This document shows positions 1 through 13,310 of a stretch of 64,000 nt of DNA, one piece after another. Where the stretch lies: assembly GCF_009914755.1 (NCBI RefSeq), contig NC_060934.1, one strand, 5' to 3'. Within the stretch, counting starts at the first letter, position 1. Each line of letters begins with the position of its first letter. A model generated the notes under the pieces. It did not search any database. It was not told where the DNA came from and saw only the letters and a list, made by a program, of their open reading frames with translations. The translations under genes were made by a program, and so were the position numbers. This DNA is from the human T2T-CHM13v2.0 reference genome, Homo sapiens.

Positions 1-1299
1 TGGCAAGCAGGGGGGGTGGTAGGGGCATGTTTCAGCCCTATTTGTGTTACAGCTCTTTCAGTCCCACCATTCAGGGGGTCCTGAGTTCTTGTCCCACATC
101 CAGGAAGAATGAAATATGTAGACGACTGGAGGGTGAGCAAGGTGAAGAAGTCCTTTATTGAGCAACAGTACAGCTCTCAGGAGACCCAAAGTGGGTAGCT
201 CCTTTCCACAGGCAGGTTGTCCCAACAAGTGATCAGCCCTCAGTGGAGAGGAGACCCCCAGTGGGTAGCTCCTATCTTCAAGCAGATTGTCCCAATGAGT
301 GTGCAGCTCAGTGGAGAGCAGACCTGGAGTGGGTAGCTCCTATCCACAAGCAGGTAATCCCAAGTGTGCAGCCCTCAGCAGGGAGGAAACCTGGAGTGGG
401 TAGCTTCTATTCACAGGCAGGTTGTCCTGACAAGTGTGCAGCCCTCAGCAGAGAGGACACCCAGAGTGGGTAGCTCCTATCCGTAGGCAGGTCATCCTGA
501 CATCTGTCCCAGTCTGGCTGAGTCCTGGGTTTTTATGGGCTCATAAGGGAGGAAGTGTATGCTGATTGGTCCATGGGCGGCCATGGGTGGGCCCAGAAAA
601 AGCACCATAAGTTCTCACTCTGGGCTGTGGACACCACCTGGAACTGACAGGTTGGCCCCCAGGCTTCAGGCCCTCCCTGGCTTCAAGGTGGTGCTTCACT
701 GGGACTGCCCCTTTCTGCCCAGGGGCCTATCTGCTTCCTGCTGCCATCTGCGTGTCATCCACGGCCCCTGGGCTGTTTGTGCTGAGGGGAACCCACAGGC
801 CCATGCTAAGCAACCCTCAGCACCATCCTCTTCAGCCTCCCTCCCATGCTCATTGGCCCCCAAAGTCTGGAGGAGGCCCAGGCAGCAGGGGGCTGGCATG
901 TTGGTGCCACCCTGAGCACATCCACACCTAACCAGGTCACAGCAGCACCTAGGCTTGGCCACAACTTTGTTCTGGAGTGGGTGCCAGGAGCAGGGAGAGG
1001 CCAGGCAGTAGGAGCAGGCACTTCTGAGCTTGCAGGGGTGAGGGGAAAGGAGTGGGGTGCAGGGGGTTGGGGAGTGGGGGCCATGGGGTCCTGGGCCCCC
1101 AAACTGCAGGGATGCCTAGGTCTGCAGCTACAGCTGGGCAGCTGTAGCTGTGCCTGGGAGGGTGGGGCTCCTGACCTGCCAACTCGGAAGGGGACAGGGC
1201 TCCCACCATCTCCATGGAGTACACAGTCCTGGTCACACCTCCCCTGGTGCAGCTGGCGTCTTCGCAGAGGCCACTCCAGATGGGCCGCTGCTGCCATCA
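1..1299 (-). mobile_element. MER52-family (ERV1) solo LTR, runs off the left edge of the window
   Basis: The reverse complement of the right end reads TGATGGCAGCAGCGGCCCATCTGGAGTGGCC, the MER52 5' terminus as recalled. The body is GC-rich with internal GTGGGTAGCT repeats. Confidence 0.75.
172..502. repeat. Five diverged ~69-bp tandem units inside the MER52 LTR
   Basis: The core GTGGGTAGCT recurs at 191, 261, 329, 396 and 466. Confidence 0.9.
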
Positions 1300-1708
1300 G
1301 AATCAGTAAACATATCCTTTTGTGGAAAATCATTTTTGAACAGTGTATAAGTAGCTTTCAGCTACATAAACCAAGTGATACAGAAAAGATGCTTTTGTTC
1401 TTTGGGACTTGAATTGGAATTATTTTACTTTCCTTTTACATTTTTAAAATGTTGTTCATAGGGTCAATTAATATCTAGTGAGTATTGATAATATGCAGTC
1501 TAGTTTCTAACACTGGGAAAGATTGGAAACTCATAAAAGATGTTGTCCATGGTGCTTGACTATAGACAAACATTTTCCATTGGCTCCTCCTAAATTGCAA
1601 GTTCTCCAATCTTTGCTGTGTTCAGACTTGTAAAATAGCTCACTAGTTAATGAGAGAGACCTCAACATGAGAGAACTAAAAACCAAAGAAGATGCTATGT
1701 TATTATTA

Positions 1709-2491
1709 CAGGTGGAGCATCCATTATCCAAAAATCCAAAATCCAAAATGCTCCGGGATTCAAAGCATTTTTGGGCCAACATGAAAAATTCCATTCTGAC
1801 CTCATGTGACAAGTTGCAATCAAAATGCATGTGTACAACACACAGTTTATTCAGCGTCCCTAAGAAAGAACCTCCCAGCCCCCTTCAGCTGTGATGTATG
1901 TTTTCTACATATGATATATGTTTTCTATCCTCAGATTCTCACATAAAAAATACCTTGTACAGTAACTTTTTAATCAAAACACAGCATCGTAGGTGGAGAC
2001 TGAAAGCCTGCTGTTGTTTGTTGTTGCTGTCATTTAACAGCTGACGCAGATATTCCAGTGATGCTACGGTGCTGTTTAGTTACACTAAACACATTCTTTC
2101 TTACTGTATTAATGATATGTCTTTTTTTATGTAAAATTCTTATGTGTGAATTAATGTAAGAAAATGACTGTGTATTGGTAGCATATAAATTCAGAGTCAA
2201 GAATGATGGTGATGCCAAACAACCACAGACTATCCACATGTGTGGCTGAGATAGTGACACCTTTACTTTCTGATGATGGTTCAGTGTACACAAACATTAT
2301 TTTATGCACAAAATGATCTAAAATATTATATAAAATTACCTTCGGGCTATGTGTATAAGGTGTATATGAAACACATATGAATTTCATGTTTAGACTTGGA
2401 TCCCGTGCCTGAAATATTATGTATATGCAAATATTCCAAAATCTGAAACACTTCTAGTCCCAAGCATTTTGGATAAGGGATACTCAATCTG
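1709..2491. mobile_element. Tigger4/MER46 (TcMar-Tigger) DNA transposon deletion derivative
   Basis: Imperfect TIRs CAGGTGGAGCATCCATTATCCAAAA ... TTTTGGATAAGGGATACTCAATCTG, with TA on both sides. Confidence 0.8.
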
Positions 2492-2832
2492 TACTTTGTG
2501 TTATCTTGAGTGGAAAATAAGGGGGCTTTATAAAAAAATGTTTTACTCATGTCTGACTATTTTCCATTTCCCAGTTTCTAATTAAAGAGGGTCTACCAAG
2601 TAACCTCATAAATCTGTTCCAGAGCAAGAATGGTCTACAAAGTGTTCTGTGACTTAATGTCTGTGTTTGCCAGAAGCTCTGTATATTGCCCTGAGAACTG
2701 CAGAGAGAATTGCTTTTGTGTAATTATTCTGAGATAGCAGCATCTGTAAAACTGCAGAGTGCATCAAGATTACCATGCAACATGCTTTACAAATATTCCT
2801 GAAGTGTATCTAGTCTATCCAGGACAGAGAAA

Positions 2833-2977
2833 TAAGGACTGGGGAATAAGGTGTGGGTGGCTATGAATGTCAAATAAAATATCTTTGTTTATAACCATCA
2901 AGTTTACTCCCACACATTCTCTATTTTTATATTATCTTCAACCCTCCTGTTCACGTGATGTGTTTCCAAAATACTCA
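2833..2977 (+). repeat. Local direct repeat, copy 1 (~145 bp)
   Basis: TAAGGACTGGGGAATAAG...ATCTTCAACCCTCCTGTTCA...ATACTCA aligns end to end with 3796-3941, roughly 85% identical by eye. Confidence 0.9.
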
Positions 2978-3297
2978 GTGTCAGCTTTATGAACACAGGA
3001 ATCACAACTTGTATGTCAGGATCCTAACAAGGGCATTCAAAATGGAATGATTCAAAGACAGCTGATTTGCAAACAGACTATTTAACAGTTGTTGGGCAGG
3101 GGAAGCATAAGATAGTGCAGTAGCCCCAGGTAGTAGCAGTTCAGCTGTTAACCACCCTTAGGCTCAGAGAGATGAGATTGTTACTGGAAAATGGAAGGAG
3201 AAAGTCTCACAGAAGCTTCCCTGAAAGGAAAATTATTCCTTAGTAGACTGACACAGCCTGCTCCAGGCAGTCCCAGCAGGGAGAGAACCAAAGAAAT

Positions 3298-3615
3298 TGG
3301 AAACCATCATTCTCAGTAAACTATCGCAAGAACAAAAAACCAAACACCGCATATTCTCACTCATAGGTGGGAATTGAACAATGAGATCACATGGTCACAG
3401 GAAGGGGAATATCACACTCTGGGGACTGTGGTGGGGTGGGGGGAGGGGGGAGGGGTAGCATTGGGAGATATACCTAATGCTAGATGACGAGTTAGTGGGT
3501 GCAGCGCACCAGCATGGCACATGTATACATATGTAACTAACCTGCACAATGTGCACATGTACCCTAAAACTTAAAGTATAATAAAAAAAAAAAGAAACTT
3601 AAAAAAAAAAAAAAG
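3298..3615 (+). mobile_element. 5'-truncated young L1 (L1PA2-like), 3' UTR only
   Basis: L1 3' end with the GAG diagnostic (TAGATGACGAGTTAGTGGG, not the Ta ACA), a poly(A) tail, and TSD AAAGAAAT at 3290-3297 and 3616-3623. Confidence 0.88.
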
Positions 3616-3795
3616 AAAGAAATAATTACTCTACCATCACTTTCTCCATCCTTTCAATCTCCTGCAGGTGCCGCCTGTCAACAAAACCCAACCAGTAGCC
3701 GGAGGACACTGGAACCGGCAAGTATAGTCTCTGCTGTAAACCTCCCACTTTATAGGGCAGGGTGGAGAATAATGGAAAGTGGAACTCAGGGGAGT

Positions 3796-3941
3796 TAAGG
3801 AATGGGGAATAAGCTGTGGGTGGCTATGAGTATGAAACTTAAAATATCTTTGTTTATGAACATCAAGTTTACTCCCACAAATTATCTATTTTAAAATTAT
3901 CTTCAACCCTCCTGTTCATGTAATGTGTGCCCCAATACTCA
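3796..3941 (+). repeat. Local direct repeat, copy 2 (~146 bp)
   Basis: TAAGGAATGGGGAATAAG...ATCTTCAACCCTCCTGTTCA...ATACTCA, matching 2833-2977. Confidence 0.9.
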
Positions 3942-4014
3942 ATACTACATGGGAGATATCCTTCATATGATCTTTATCCACTCTCCTTTGGAAGAGGAAA
4001 ATAGGAGGTCCAGG

Positions 4015-4242
4015 ATTGTAGTTAGGAGTGCAGACTCAGGGGTCAGGCTGCCCACATTCAAGGCAAAATCTACAATTTGCTGGCTGTGCAAACTAGTGTA
4101 AGATTTTTAACTTCTTCTTGAGTTAGAGTTCTCTTCTGTAAAATAGAATTAATATTGTCTAGGGACATCTCAAATTTTGGATAAGATAATATGTGTTAAG
4201 TGCTTAGAATAGTGCCTTGCACTCAATAGATGTTAGTTGATT
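4015..4242 (+). mobile_element. MIR SINE
   Basis: MIR core-like TCTGTAAAATAG and 3' GTGCTTAGAATAGTGCC...CTCAATAGATGTTAG. Confidence 0.65.
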
Positions 4243-4583
4243 GTGTTTTTTAAATATTTTTCCTGACAGTAATTTTTTTTATAAATCCAATTTATTTGCT
4301 GATTATTAATGGATTCTAGTTACTATGTAGGTTCAATATAGTTACCATTTTGGTATGTACTTTCAAACTTGTTTTCCTCTGATACATAATTTCACAAAAA
4401 TAGGCTCAAGCTATATATATTATTTAGTTATCTACTTTTATTCCCACTCAATAGTAGAAATCTAAATATGTCATTCAGTATTTTTTGAAATCATTTTTAA
4501 TGGTTGCATGTATTATTTTGTCATCTGGAGTTACAATGATTTACTTTAAATCATTTGAATGATGTACTTTATTTAAAAATGCT

Positions 4584-4862
<279 letters not shown>

Positions 4863-4894
4863 TTAAATGATTTACTTTATTTAAAAATACTTAG

Positions 4895-5249
<355 letters not shown>

Positions 5250-7631
5250 TCACTAGGATCATGTCCTAGAAACAAAACTTTTAGGTCTAATGTAGGTATA
5301 TCTTTAAGGATTTTTTTTTTGCTCTAATTAATATTTTATTCTTCTCTTCAACATTGTGCAAAGGCTTCAACATATTCGACAAATAAAACTTTGATGACAT
5401 AATCATTAATTTTCTCTGAAGTCAACCATATAATACTTTAAGATGACATGAAAGTTTGTACATGAGAGACTGGAGTTTCTGAAGCTTATATGTTCCTCTT
5501 TTGGGGAAATTTAAAGCGATGCGTTGGCAATACAGCAATGCAATTGTAGCTTCAAAAATATTAATTTCCTTACCAAAGGTTAATGTCCTATAACTGACTC
5601 TCCATACTTTGCTGTATTAAAAATTTGGGGGAGGATGAGGTTTTTTTAAACTTTATTCTTTACTAAAATGTGAGACTAATTTTTAGTAATGAATCTGCAG
5701 GTACAGATTTGTAGGTAGCAACCTGATGAGTTTACAGAGCCACTAAGGTCTTCAGTTGTGGGTATGTGGGCCTAGACTTTGGAGACACACAGCTTTGTAT
5801 TCTGGTCAGACATAAGTTGTGTGACCTTTACTCCAATTTCTTCCTCTTTGAAGGATTGCTCAATTATGTCTGTGCAAAGTGCAGATGGACCTTGGTGAAT
5901 AGCTGTGGATTATTAAAACTTAACCAGGTGGTCACTCCAAATTAGCTACTATTCTAAATGTCTTTTCCTTGGAGAAAGTTGACACATTCCCTAGCATGTG
6001 GTGTGCCACAATATATTTGACAAATGTTATATTGTCTATTTGTGTTGGTAAAGATCAGCTGAAGCAGTTTGCTTCCACCAGTCAGGGCCAGAAATCCACC
6101 TTCATTGTCCTATTTTAGGGATATGTAATTCTCCAGAACTGCAAAGATTTTTACCTGCCAAAACTTATCACTTCTCCATTTCACAATACATCATGTGGTC
6201 CAATGTGATACTGACAGTATTTGCTGATTTAGACCAAGTAAGCAGGAAATAGCAAGCATTCTAGACACCTTGGCAAGACACAAGTGGGTGGGAAATAAAC
6301 CCCTTATAAATTCAGAGGACTGCCACCTTATTGCAATTTCCAGAAGTCCATTTTCTGGAGCATGTTGATATATCCTTTCCAATATGAAGGATACATTTCT
6401 GTATCTGTTTTCTTCTACCACTGAAAAAGAGGCACTGATCCTAGTGGACCTCTTTGGAGGTCAACATATACCTCATTTGGGCCTGCTCCTCTAGCCCACT
6501 TCCTGAATAACCATAAAGGCTGCCAGCTTTGAGTAGGGCCCAGAACAAGAGAATGCAACAGCTCTAAGCTAAAGGCAAGCTGCTCTGCTACTCATGTTAT
6601 ACGACCCAACAGATCTGATGGTGCTCGAAGTGTCTGTGACAGATAGGGAGGCTCTATGGCACCTTTAGCAGGTAAATCACAGAAGATACCCTTAGGATCT
6701 TGGAGCACAGCTATGTCATCCCCTGCAGATAACTATTCTTTTGATGAACAGTGGCTGGCTTACTTTGGGGCTCTAGTAGAGACTGAATGTTTAACGATGG
6801 CCCAAGACCTGAGCTATGAATTGGATGTTATCTGACCCATCAAACCTTAAAGTTGAGTGTGCACAGCAGTATTCCATCACATGGAAGTGGTAAATGAAAT
6901 TAGACTTATGTAGGTCCTGAAGGCACAAGTCACATGAGCAAGATTCCTGTGACCCCTACTCATACTACATTGCCCCTTCTCTCTCATCTGTCTTCTCATG
7001 GGGAGTTCCATGTGACCAGTTGACTGAGGAAGAGACTATTTGGTCTACTTTATAGATGGTTCTGCACAATACACTGGCATCACCCAAAAATGGCCAATGC
7101 AGTACTCCTGTCACATTTAGGGATGATTCTGAAGGACAGTGGTTATGGGACATTCCCCCAGTGGAAAGAGCTTTGAACGGTTCACCTGGATGTTCATTGT
7201 TCCTAGAAGGAGAGATGACCAGAGTGATGGATTTACATTGATTTGTAGCTTCATTAACCTGGAAAGTAAAACTGTCCCCAGCCACTTTGTACTCCTTATG
7301 CTAATTAACCAGCAGGCTTAAAAAAGGTGATTATTGTTCTGATGGGTGATTTATCCTGGCTATGAAGGGAAAATGGGGTTGCTACCACACAGTGAGGGTA
7401 AGGAGGAGTATGGTGGCTTGCAGGAGGTCTTCTGGGGTGCCTCTTTGTATTTCCATATCCTGAAATCAATATTAAAATGAAAACAATTCAATGCAGTGAG
7501 GACTGCTAATGGCAGTGACCCTTTAAGAATGAAGGTATGGGACAGCTCACCAGATAAGGAGTCATGACAAGAACCAGTGTTTGCCAAGGGCAAGTGTAAT
7601 ATGGAACAGGTGGTAAAAGAAGGAAGTCATA

Positions 7632-7944
<313 letters not shown>

Positions 7945-8902
7945 ACTTTTGTTTTAAGCTCAGGGGCACATATGCACAATGTTCAGGTTTGTTACATAGG
8001 TAAATGTGTGTTATGGGGGTTGATTGTACAGATTCTTTCACCATCCAGGTATTAAGCGTAGTACCCATTAGTTATTTTTCCTGATCCTCTCCCTCCTCCC
8101 ACCCCCTGCCCTCCAGTAAGCTCCAATGTGCATTGTTCCCCTCTATGTGTCCATGTGTTCTCATCATTTAGCTCCCTCTTATAAGTGAGAACATGCGGTA
8201 TTTGGTTTTCTGTTCCTGTGTTAGTTTGCTAAGGATAATGGCCTCCAGCTCCATCCTTGTCCCTGCAAAAGACATGATCACATTCCTTTTTATTGCTGCG
8301 TAGTATTCCATAGTGTATGTGTACAACATTTTCTTTATCTAATCTATCATAGGGGCATTTAGGTTGATTCCATGTCTTTTCTATTGTGAATAGTGCTGCA
8401 ATGAACATATACGTGCATGTGTCTTTATAATAGAATGATTTATACTCCTCTGGGTACATACCCGGTAATGGGATTGTTGGGTTGAATGGTATTTCTGCCT
8501 TTAGGTCTTTGGGGAATCACCACACTGTCTTCCACAATGGCTGAACTAATTTACACTCCCACCAACAGTGTAAAAGTGTTCCTTTCTCTCTACAACCTCG
8601 CCAGCATCTATTATTTTTGGACGTTTTATTAACAGCCATTATGACTGGCGTGAGATGATATTTCATTGTGGTTTTAATTTGCATTTCTCTAATGAACAGT
8701 AATGTTGAGCTTTTTTCACTTGATTGTTGTCTGCATGTATGTCTTCTTTTGAGAAGTGTTTGTTCATGTCCTTTGCCCACTTTTTAATGGAGTTGTTTTT
8801 TTCTTATAAATGTGTTCCTTACAGATGCTGGATATTAGACCTTTGTCAGCTGCATAGATTGCAAAAAGTTTCTCCCATTCTGTAGGTTGTCTGGTCACTC
8901 TG
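7945..8902 (-). mobile_element. L1PA (about PA10-13) 3' fragment, antisense, inserted in the Alu tail
   Basis: Minus-strand ORFs 8229-8459 and 8517-8780 match the L1 ORF2 C-terminus (FIAALFTI..WNQPKCP; [17 protein letters not shown]). Confidence 0.88.
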
Positions 8903-9686
8903 AAGATAGGTAAAAGAAAGAAGTTATAAACACTAGCTACAACCTTGTGCCCTGTCATAGAAATGAAGACTAAACAGTTAACATCAGAATTCCTCTTTTG
9001 GTGGAGGGGAGGGAAGCATAAGGAATTCCTTTCTATTTTTCTCTTTTTTTTTTGTAAAAGAAATTAACTTGATACATTTTCTAGAGTCAGAGTAGAACAT
9101 ATTGTCCCTCATTATAGGAGGAAGATGAGAGGATGAGCTGAGTGTCCTCTGGAAAAATGGAAATGGAGTCAGAGGTAGGGGTTGCTGGATGAGCCAGAGG
9201 AAGCATTTGTGGCACTATGTGTGACTGTTTTGGGGGTACTGGGAAGTTAATATCACATCTGGATCAACACAAGTGGCATAAACACAGTGTCAATGTAGCA
9301 GGAGCTCAGGAGACCAGGAGCACTGGAACCCAATTTACCTAGGCTTCTGTAAAGCATCAACAAAGGCTCTGAGAAAACAGAGCTGATGGTTAAGAACATT
9401 TTGACACCCTGGAAAGTGTTGTGCTGAGAAAAATATTGTGAATTGGGGAGCTGTGAGGAGCCTGCTAGGGAAAGAAGAATCACAACTGACAGGACAGTAC
9501 TCATAATCTAGTCAAAGGTTTTAGCCAATGTAAAGACAGATAACATGTGTGGGTATTCATTGAGATATTCCTGAGCTGTAGGTCATTTACAGCAAGAAGG
9601 CAGATTTGAAATAAAACCAGGTATTTTATTGGGCCTCATTTCTTCAAGATGCTCTGTGAACATGAAGAATTCATAGGGCCAGAGAG

Positions 9687-9893
9687 CAAAGGTTAACACA
9701 CTACAGCTCGTGGGCTGAAACCAGTCTGCCACCTGTTTTTGTAAATAAAGTTTTATTGGAATTTGTATTGTCTATGACTGCTTTTACACTACTTTTACAG
9801 CACAGTTGAGTAGTTGATACATAGACCATACTGCCCACAAAGCCGAAGAAAATATTTACTATTTAGCTCTTAACAGAAAAAGTTTGCCACTGC
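9687..9893 (+). mobile_element. MER58A-like hAT-Charlie MITE
   Basis: CCACCTGTTTTTGTAAATAAAGTTTTATTGGAA...AAATATTTACTAT...GAAAAAGTTTGCC. Confidence 0.75.
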
Positions 9894-10914
9894 CACTATA
9901 GAACAGCATTATAGACATAAGTCACATTCCTGGGATCCATGAGACACATAAAACTATAGGAACTACTGGAGTTTGTGTGCCAGTGGCCCTTGGACAAAAG
10001 TGCAGAAGCTCACTGGGGGATTTTTTGGTTATTTGAAATGATTTAACATTTCCTGTGAGATATAATTTAATTAAGTAATAATAAAGGTCTAAAGTAGAGC
10101 AAAGGATTGCTTTCTATTGTCTCTTTTAAAGAACACAGGAAACTCACCTTTTAATGTCCAAATGATAAAGAAAAACTTATATGTGGGTATCAACATTATC
10201 AATCATTTGGAGATGATTAGAGAAAAAACAGATTACCTCAATGGAGAGGAGCAGTGACGGGGTATGTGTACGGTGCCTGAGTCCAGACAGTCTTTTGTGT
10301 TGGATACAACTCTGCTCAGTTCTGAAAGGCAGCCCAGAAGTTAAAGAAAGAGACTGTTGGGTTGAACATCTGAGAAACTAGGACACATCATGTCTTTATA
10401 GTGATTTGATTAAAATATAAAGGATTTTTTTGGAAAATGCTTTTGACTGATGCCTGTCCCTTAGTATCCTGGGCTCACTGACCCTATAAACAATCCCGTT
10501 TATTGCTGCTGAAATCTAGCAGGTTGAGAGGTATTTTCCCTAATCCTTGAACAATGACAAGAGACTAGGGATAAGGATGGCCACCAGAACTCCCAGCAGG
10601 TACTGGAATTTCTGTGTCTGATGGGTGGGAGGTGACCTCTGTTGAGACAGACTTTATTGGAGTTTTCTTCCTCCTATAACACACAAAGATGCAGAATGAA
10701 TTAATTTGTTGATGCTGCTGCATTATTAGAAGAGGCTTCTGGTGCTATGACTTCTGCCATCATTGCAGAAGTCAAGAATGCATTTTATTCTTTAATGTTT
10801 TCTTAAAATGAAAAGGCATTCTATCTTAAGAGACACTGCCAAAAGGCTCACATGACAGTGTCTGAGCTAGGTAAAGAAGTAGAGTTGAAACTGTCGGGGC
10901 TTTATAATAAATAA

Positions 10915-11518
10915 TGTCTCAACTCAGCTAGGCTGAACTGTGTTTCCCAGAATTTCCTCGTGTTTTCAGTCAGGATGAGTCAGTAGACATTTTTGCATGT
11001 GATTTAGAGGGTGGAAAAGAAGCAACTATTTAGCCTTTTTATGCTTGGAACGTTCAAGCAGTTGTGTTTGTGAACCACAGAATACTATGGCCCATCTCCT
11101 GGGTTAACTCCTTGGTGTACCAGACCTGCAACTACTCCAACTTCCCCTGAATCCTCCTTCAGCATCTCTGAATCCTGGGCCAGGTGTGTAGTTAGCTCCA
11201 TGATGAAGGGCTCCTGCTTCTCCTGCAGGAGGGGTTAGAGGCAGTGAGAGCTGACTTGGGTTCTAGTCCGTATTTGTGGAACTGCAGCTCGTGGTTGTGG
11301 TTCCAGCCTGTCCTTGTCCTGCCCACTGGACATTCATCCATCTTCCCATTTTTTCCACCTGCCTTATGTACTTGAAGCTTCAGTACCAGACATGAAATCA
11401 AGAGCCTTACAGAACCGGCTTGGCCAGCTCCCACAATTGCATAAGATCAAATACCCAAAAGAAACGTGTATATCCCTTCCAGTGGCTCTGCCTCTGTTGC
11501 TGGATCCTGACTAATACA
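10915..11518 (+). mobile_element. ERVL-class solo LTR (MER54/73/74-like)
   Basis: TG...CA ends, CTAGGCTGAACTGTGTTTCCCAGAAT near the 5' end and CCTGACTAATACA terminus. Confidence 0.5.
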
Positions 11519-11938
11519 CAATCAGAGATATCGAGTGAAACTGGGATTAGAAAACTAGTGATCTACTTTCATTTCTGCCAATTCTGGCTCTGTCGTTTTG
11601 TGAAAATTATTTTACTTTTTTAAGCCTCAGTTTTTTTAAAGTATATGCCTTTTACCAAATGATCCTCTCAAATTTCATTCCAGCTCTAGGGCTATCAGGT
11701 GACTTGATGATTGTATGTCCAGATATACCAGATGCTTCATAAATAACTTTCTAACTGCAGTGTATGGAGATTATGTTATGATTGCATCTATTTTAATACT
11801 ATCTTTGATGCTCAAGTACATAGCTTGTGTGAGAATAATGCCAGCTCAGTTCACAGTACAACCTTTCTACTCCATAGTATAATTTTGTAGAGGATGTTAA
11901 GCTTTAAAAGGTAGAGTTGTAAAAGGTAGGCTCTGGAT

Positions 11939-12109
11939 AGGGCTGGGACTAGATAGGTAAGGTAAGCAAGGCACTTAATGCACATTAAGAAGACACTCAC
12001 TCTCACGTCTTGCAAATGTGTGGTCAGCACTTGAACTACCTGCAGAGTAAGTATCTCCTTAAATTTTATGCCCTAGGCCCTCACTCACTTCACCCTCATC
12101 CAAGTCCTG
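11939..12109. mobile_element. Palindromic hAT-Tip100 MITE (MER96-like)
   Basis: AGGGCTGGGACTAG ... CACCCTCATCCAAGTCCTG with decayed internal symmetry. Confidence 0.5.
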
Positions 12110-12539
12110 ATTTCTAGAGCCAGACTGCTAGGTTTGAAGCAAAGATCTTCTACTTGCAAGTGTGATTGTAGTTACAGCCTCTGTTATTTTGTTATACCAG
12201 CCTGAGCTAAGACATTTCTCAACTTTTTCCAGAAACTCAATTAGCAGCCAGGCTCTTTAACAGCAGATAGACACAAATTCAAAAGTATCACACCACATTA
12301 TGTTCCACATACAGTATTGGTTAACTATAATACACCAAGTAATGGCATTGCCCTATCTTGAGATATCTTTATGGATTAGAGGGGAACATTTTAAAATAAG
12401 AGCTGTAAAACTGTACTGTTGTAGAGCCTTAGATGATCAAATGACCTTAACCAAGTTTCTGATTAGTTTAACAGTATCGTTGGAAGAGACTTATTTTTCT
12501 GTCTACCAAACTGTAAGGCATTTGAGGGTAGGATCCATC

Positions 12540-12810
12540 TAATAATAATAACATATGCCAGTTATTTAATATTTAGTGGCTGCAAAGTGTTATTCTAAGT
12601 GGTTTGCATGTATAAAGTCATTTAATCCTGACAACTCCATTAGATTTTTAATTGAAAATTAGAATATCAATTAATTAATAATTACCATTATTATTCCCAT
12701 TTGATAGATGAGGAAACTGCAACAGAAATACTAAATAATGGCTAGAGGAGCTAGCGAGTGGCAGGTCTGAGGTCGAACGAAGGCAGCCTAGCCCCCAGAG
12801 CCCTGTCTCG
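12540..12810 (-). mobile_element. MIR SINE
   Basis: CCCATTTGATAGATGAGGAAACTG, the MIR core in antisense. Confidence 0.65.
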
Positions 12811-13099
12811 ACCCTCCGTCTCATTCACTGCTGAATCCCTAGTACTCACCCCAGAGCTCATCAGTTGGCTTCACTAAATGTTTATTGAATATATACCTAA
12901 TGGCTGTTTTTATTAGATGAATGCCAAACCCAGTCACATAAACTTACTGTGTATTAAAAGAAGGAAGTATCCAGGAAATGGGGGTGAAAATGTCATTTAG
13001 AAACAGAGGAGGAAAGTGATGGAAGAATAAAGCCTGCATGCAGTAGGAAGGTTCGCTGGGAGTGGAGTGGCTGCAATACGAGAGGAAATAGCGTTACTG

Positions 13100-13310
13100 C
13101 ATTTCTGCATTACTGCATTTTTACTTACAAGTGTGCGATCTTATACAAGTTATGTAATCCTTTTGAGTCTGCTTTCTCGTATTTAAAAAGCAGATAATCA
13201 CAATATATATCATAAAGCTGTTTCAGAGGTTAAACACATATTTTAAGTAAAACACCTAAGAGGGTTACTGGCACATCGGTAGGGATCAATAAATGTTAGC
13301 TATCTTTAGT
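13100..13310 (+). mobile_element. MIR SINE
   Basis: 3' CTGGCACATCGGTAGGGATCAATAAATGTTAGCTAT. Confidence 0.55.

Larger units (their letters stand above)
3010..3967 (-). mobile_element. Old ERVL-class LTR (LTR33-like), interrupted by an L1 and by repeat copy 2
   Basis: Motifs TGTCAGGATCC, GACTATTTAACA, ACCACCCTTAGGC, AACCCAACCAGTAGCC and GGGCAGGGTGGAGAA resemble the LTR33 consensus as recalled. Confidence 0.5.

Noticed and set aside
172-502. Regularly spaced repeats resembling a CRISPR-like array
   Set aside because: Whole ~69-bp units are similar with no unique spacers; they are internal repeats of a MER52 LTR in a primate genome.
559-1412. Overlapping 118-188 aa ORFs on both strands
   Set aside because: They lie in the GC-rich MER52 LTR, where stop codons are rare, and show no recognisable domain.
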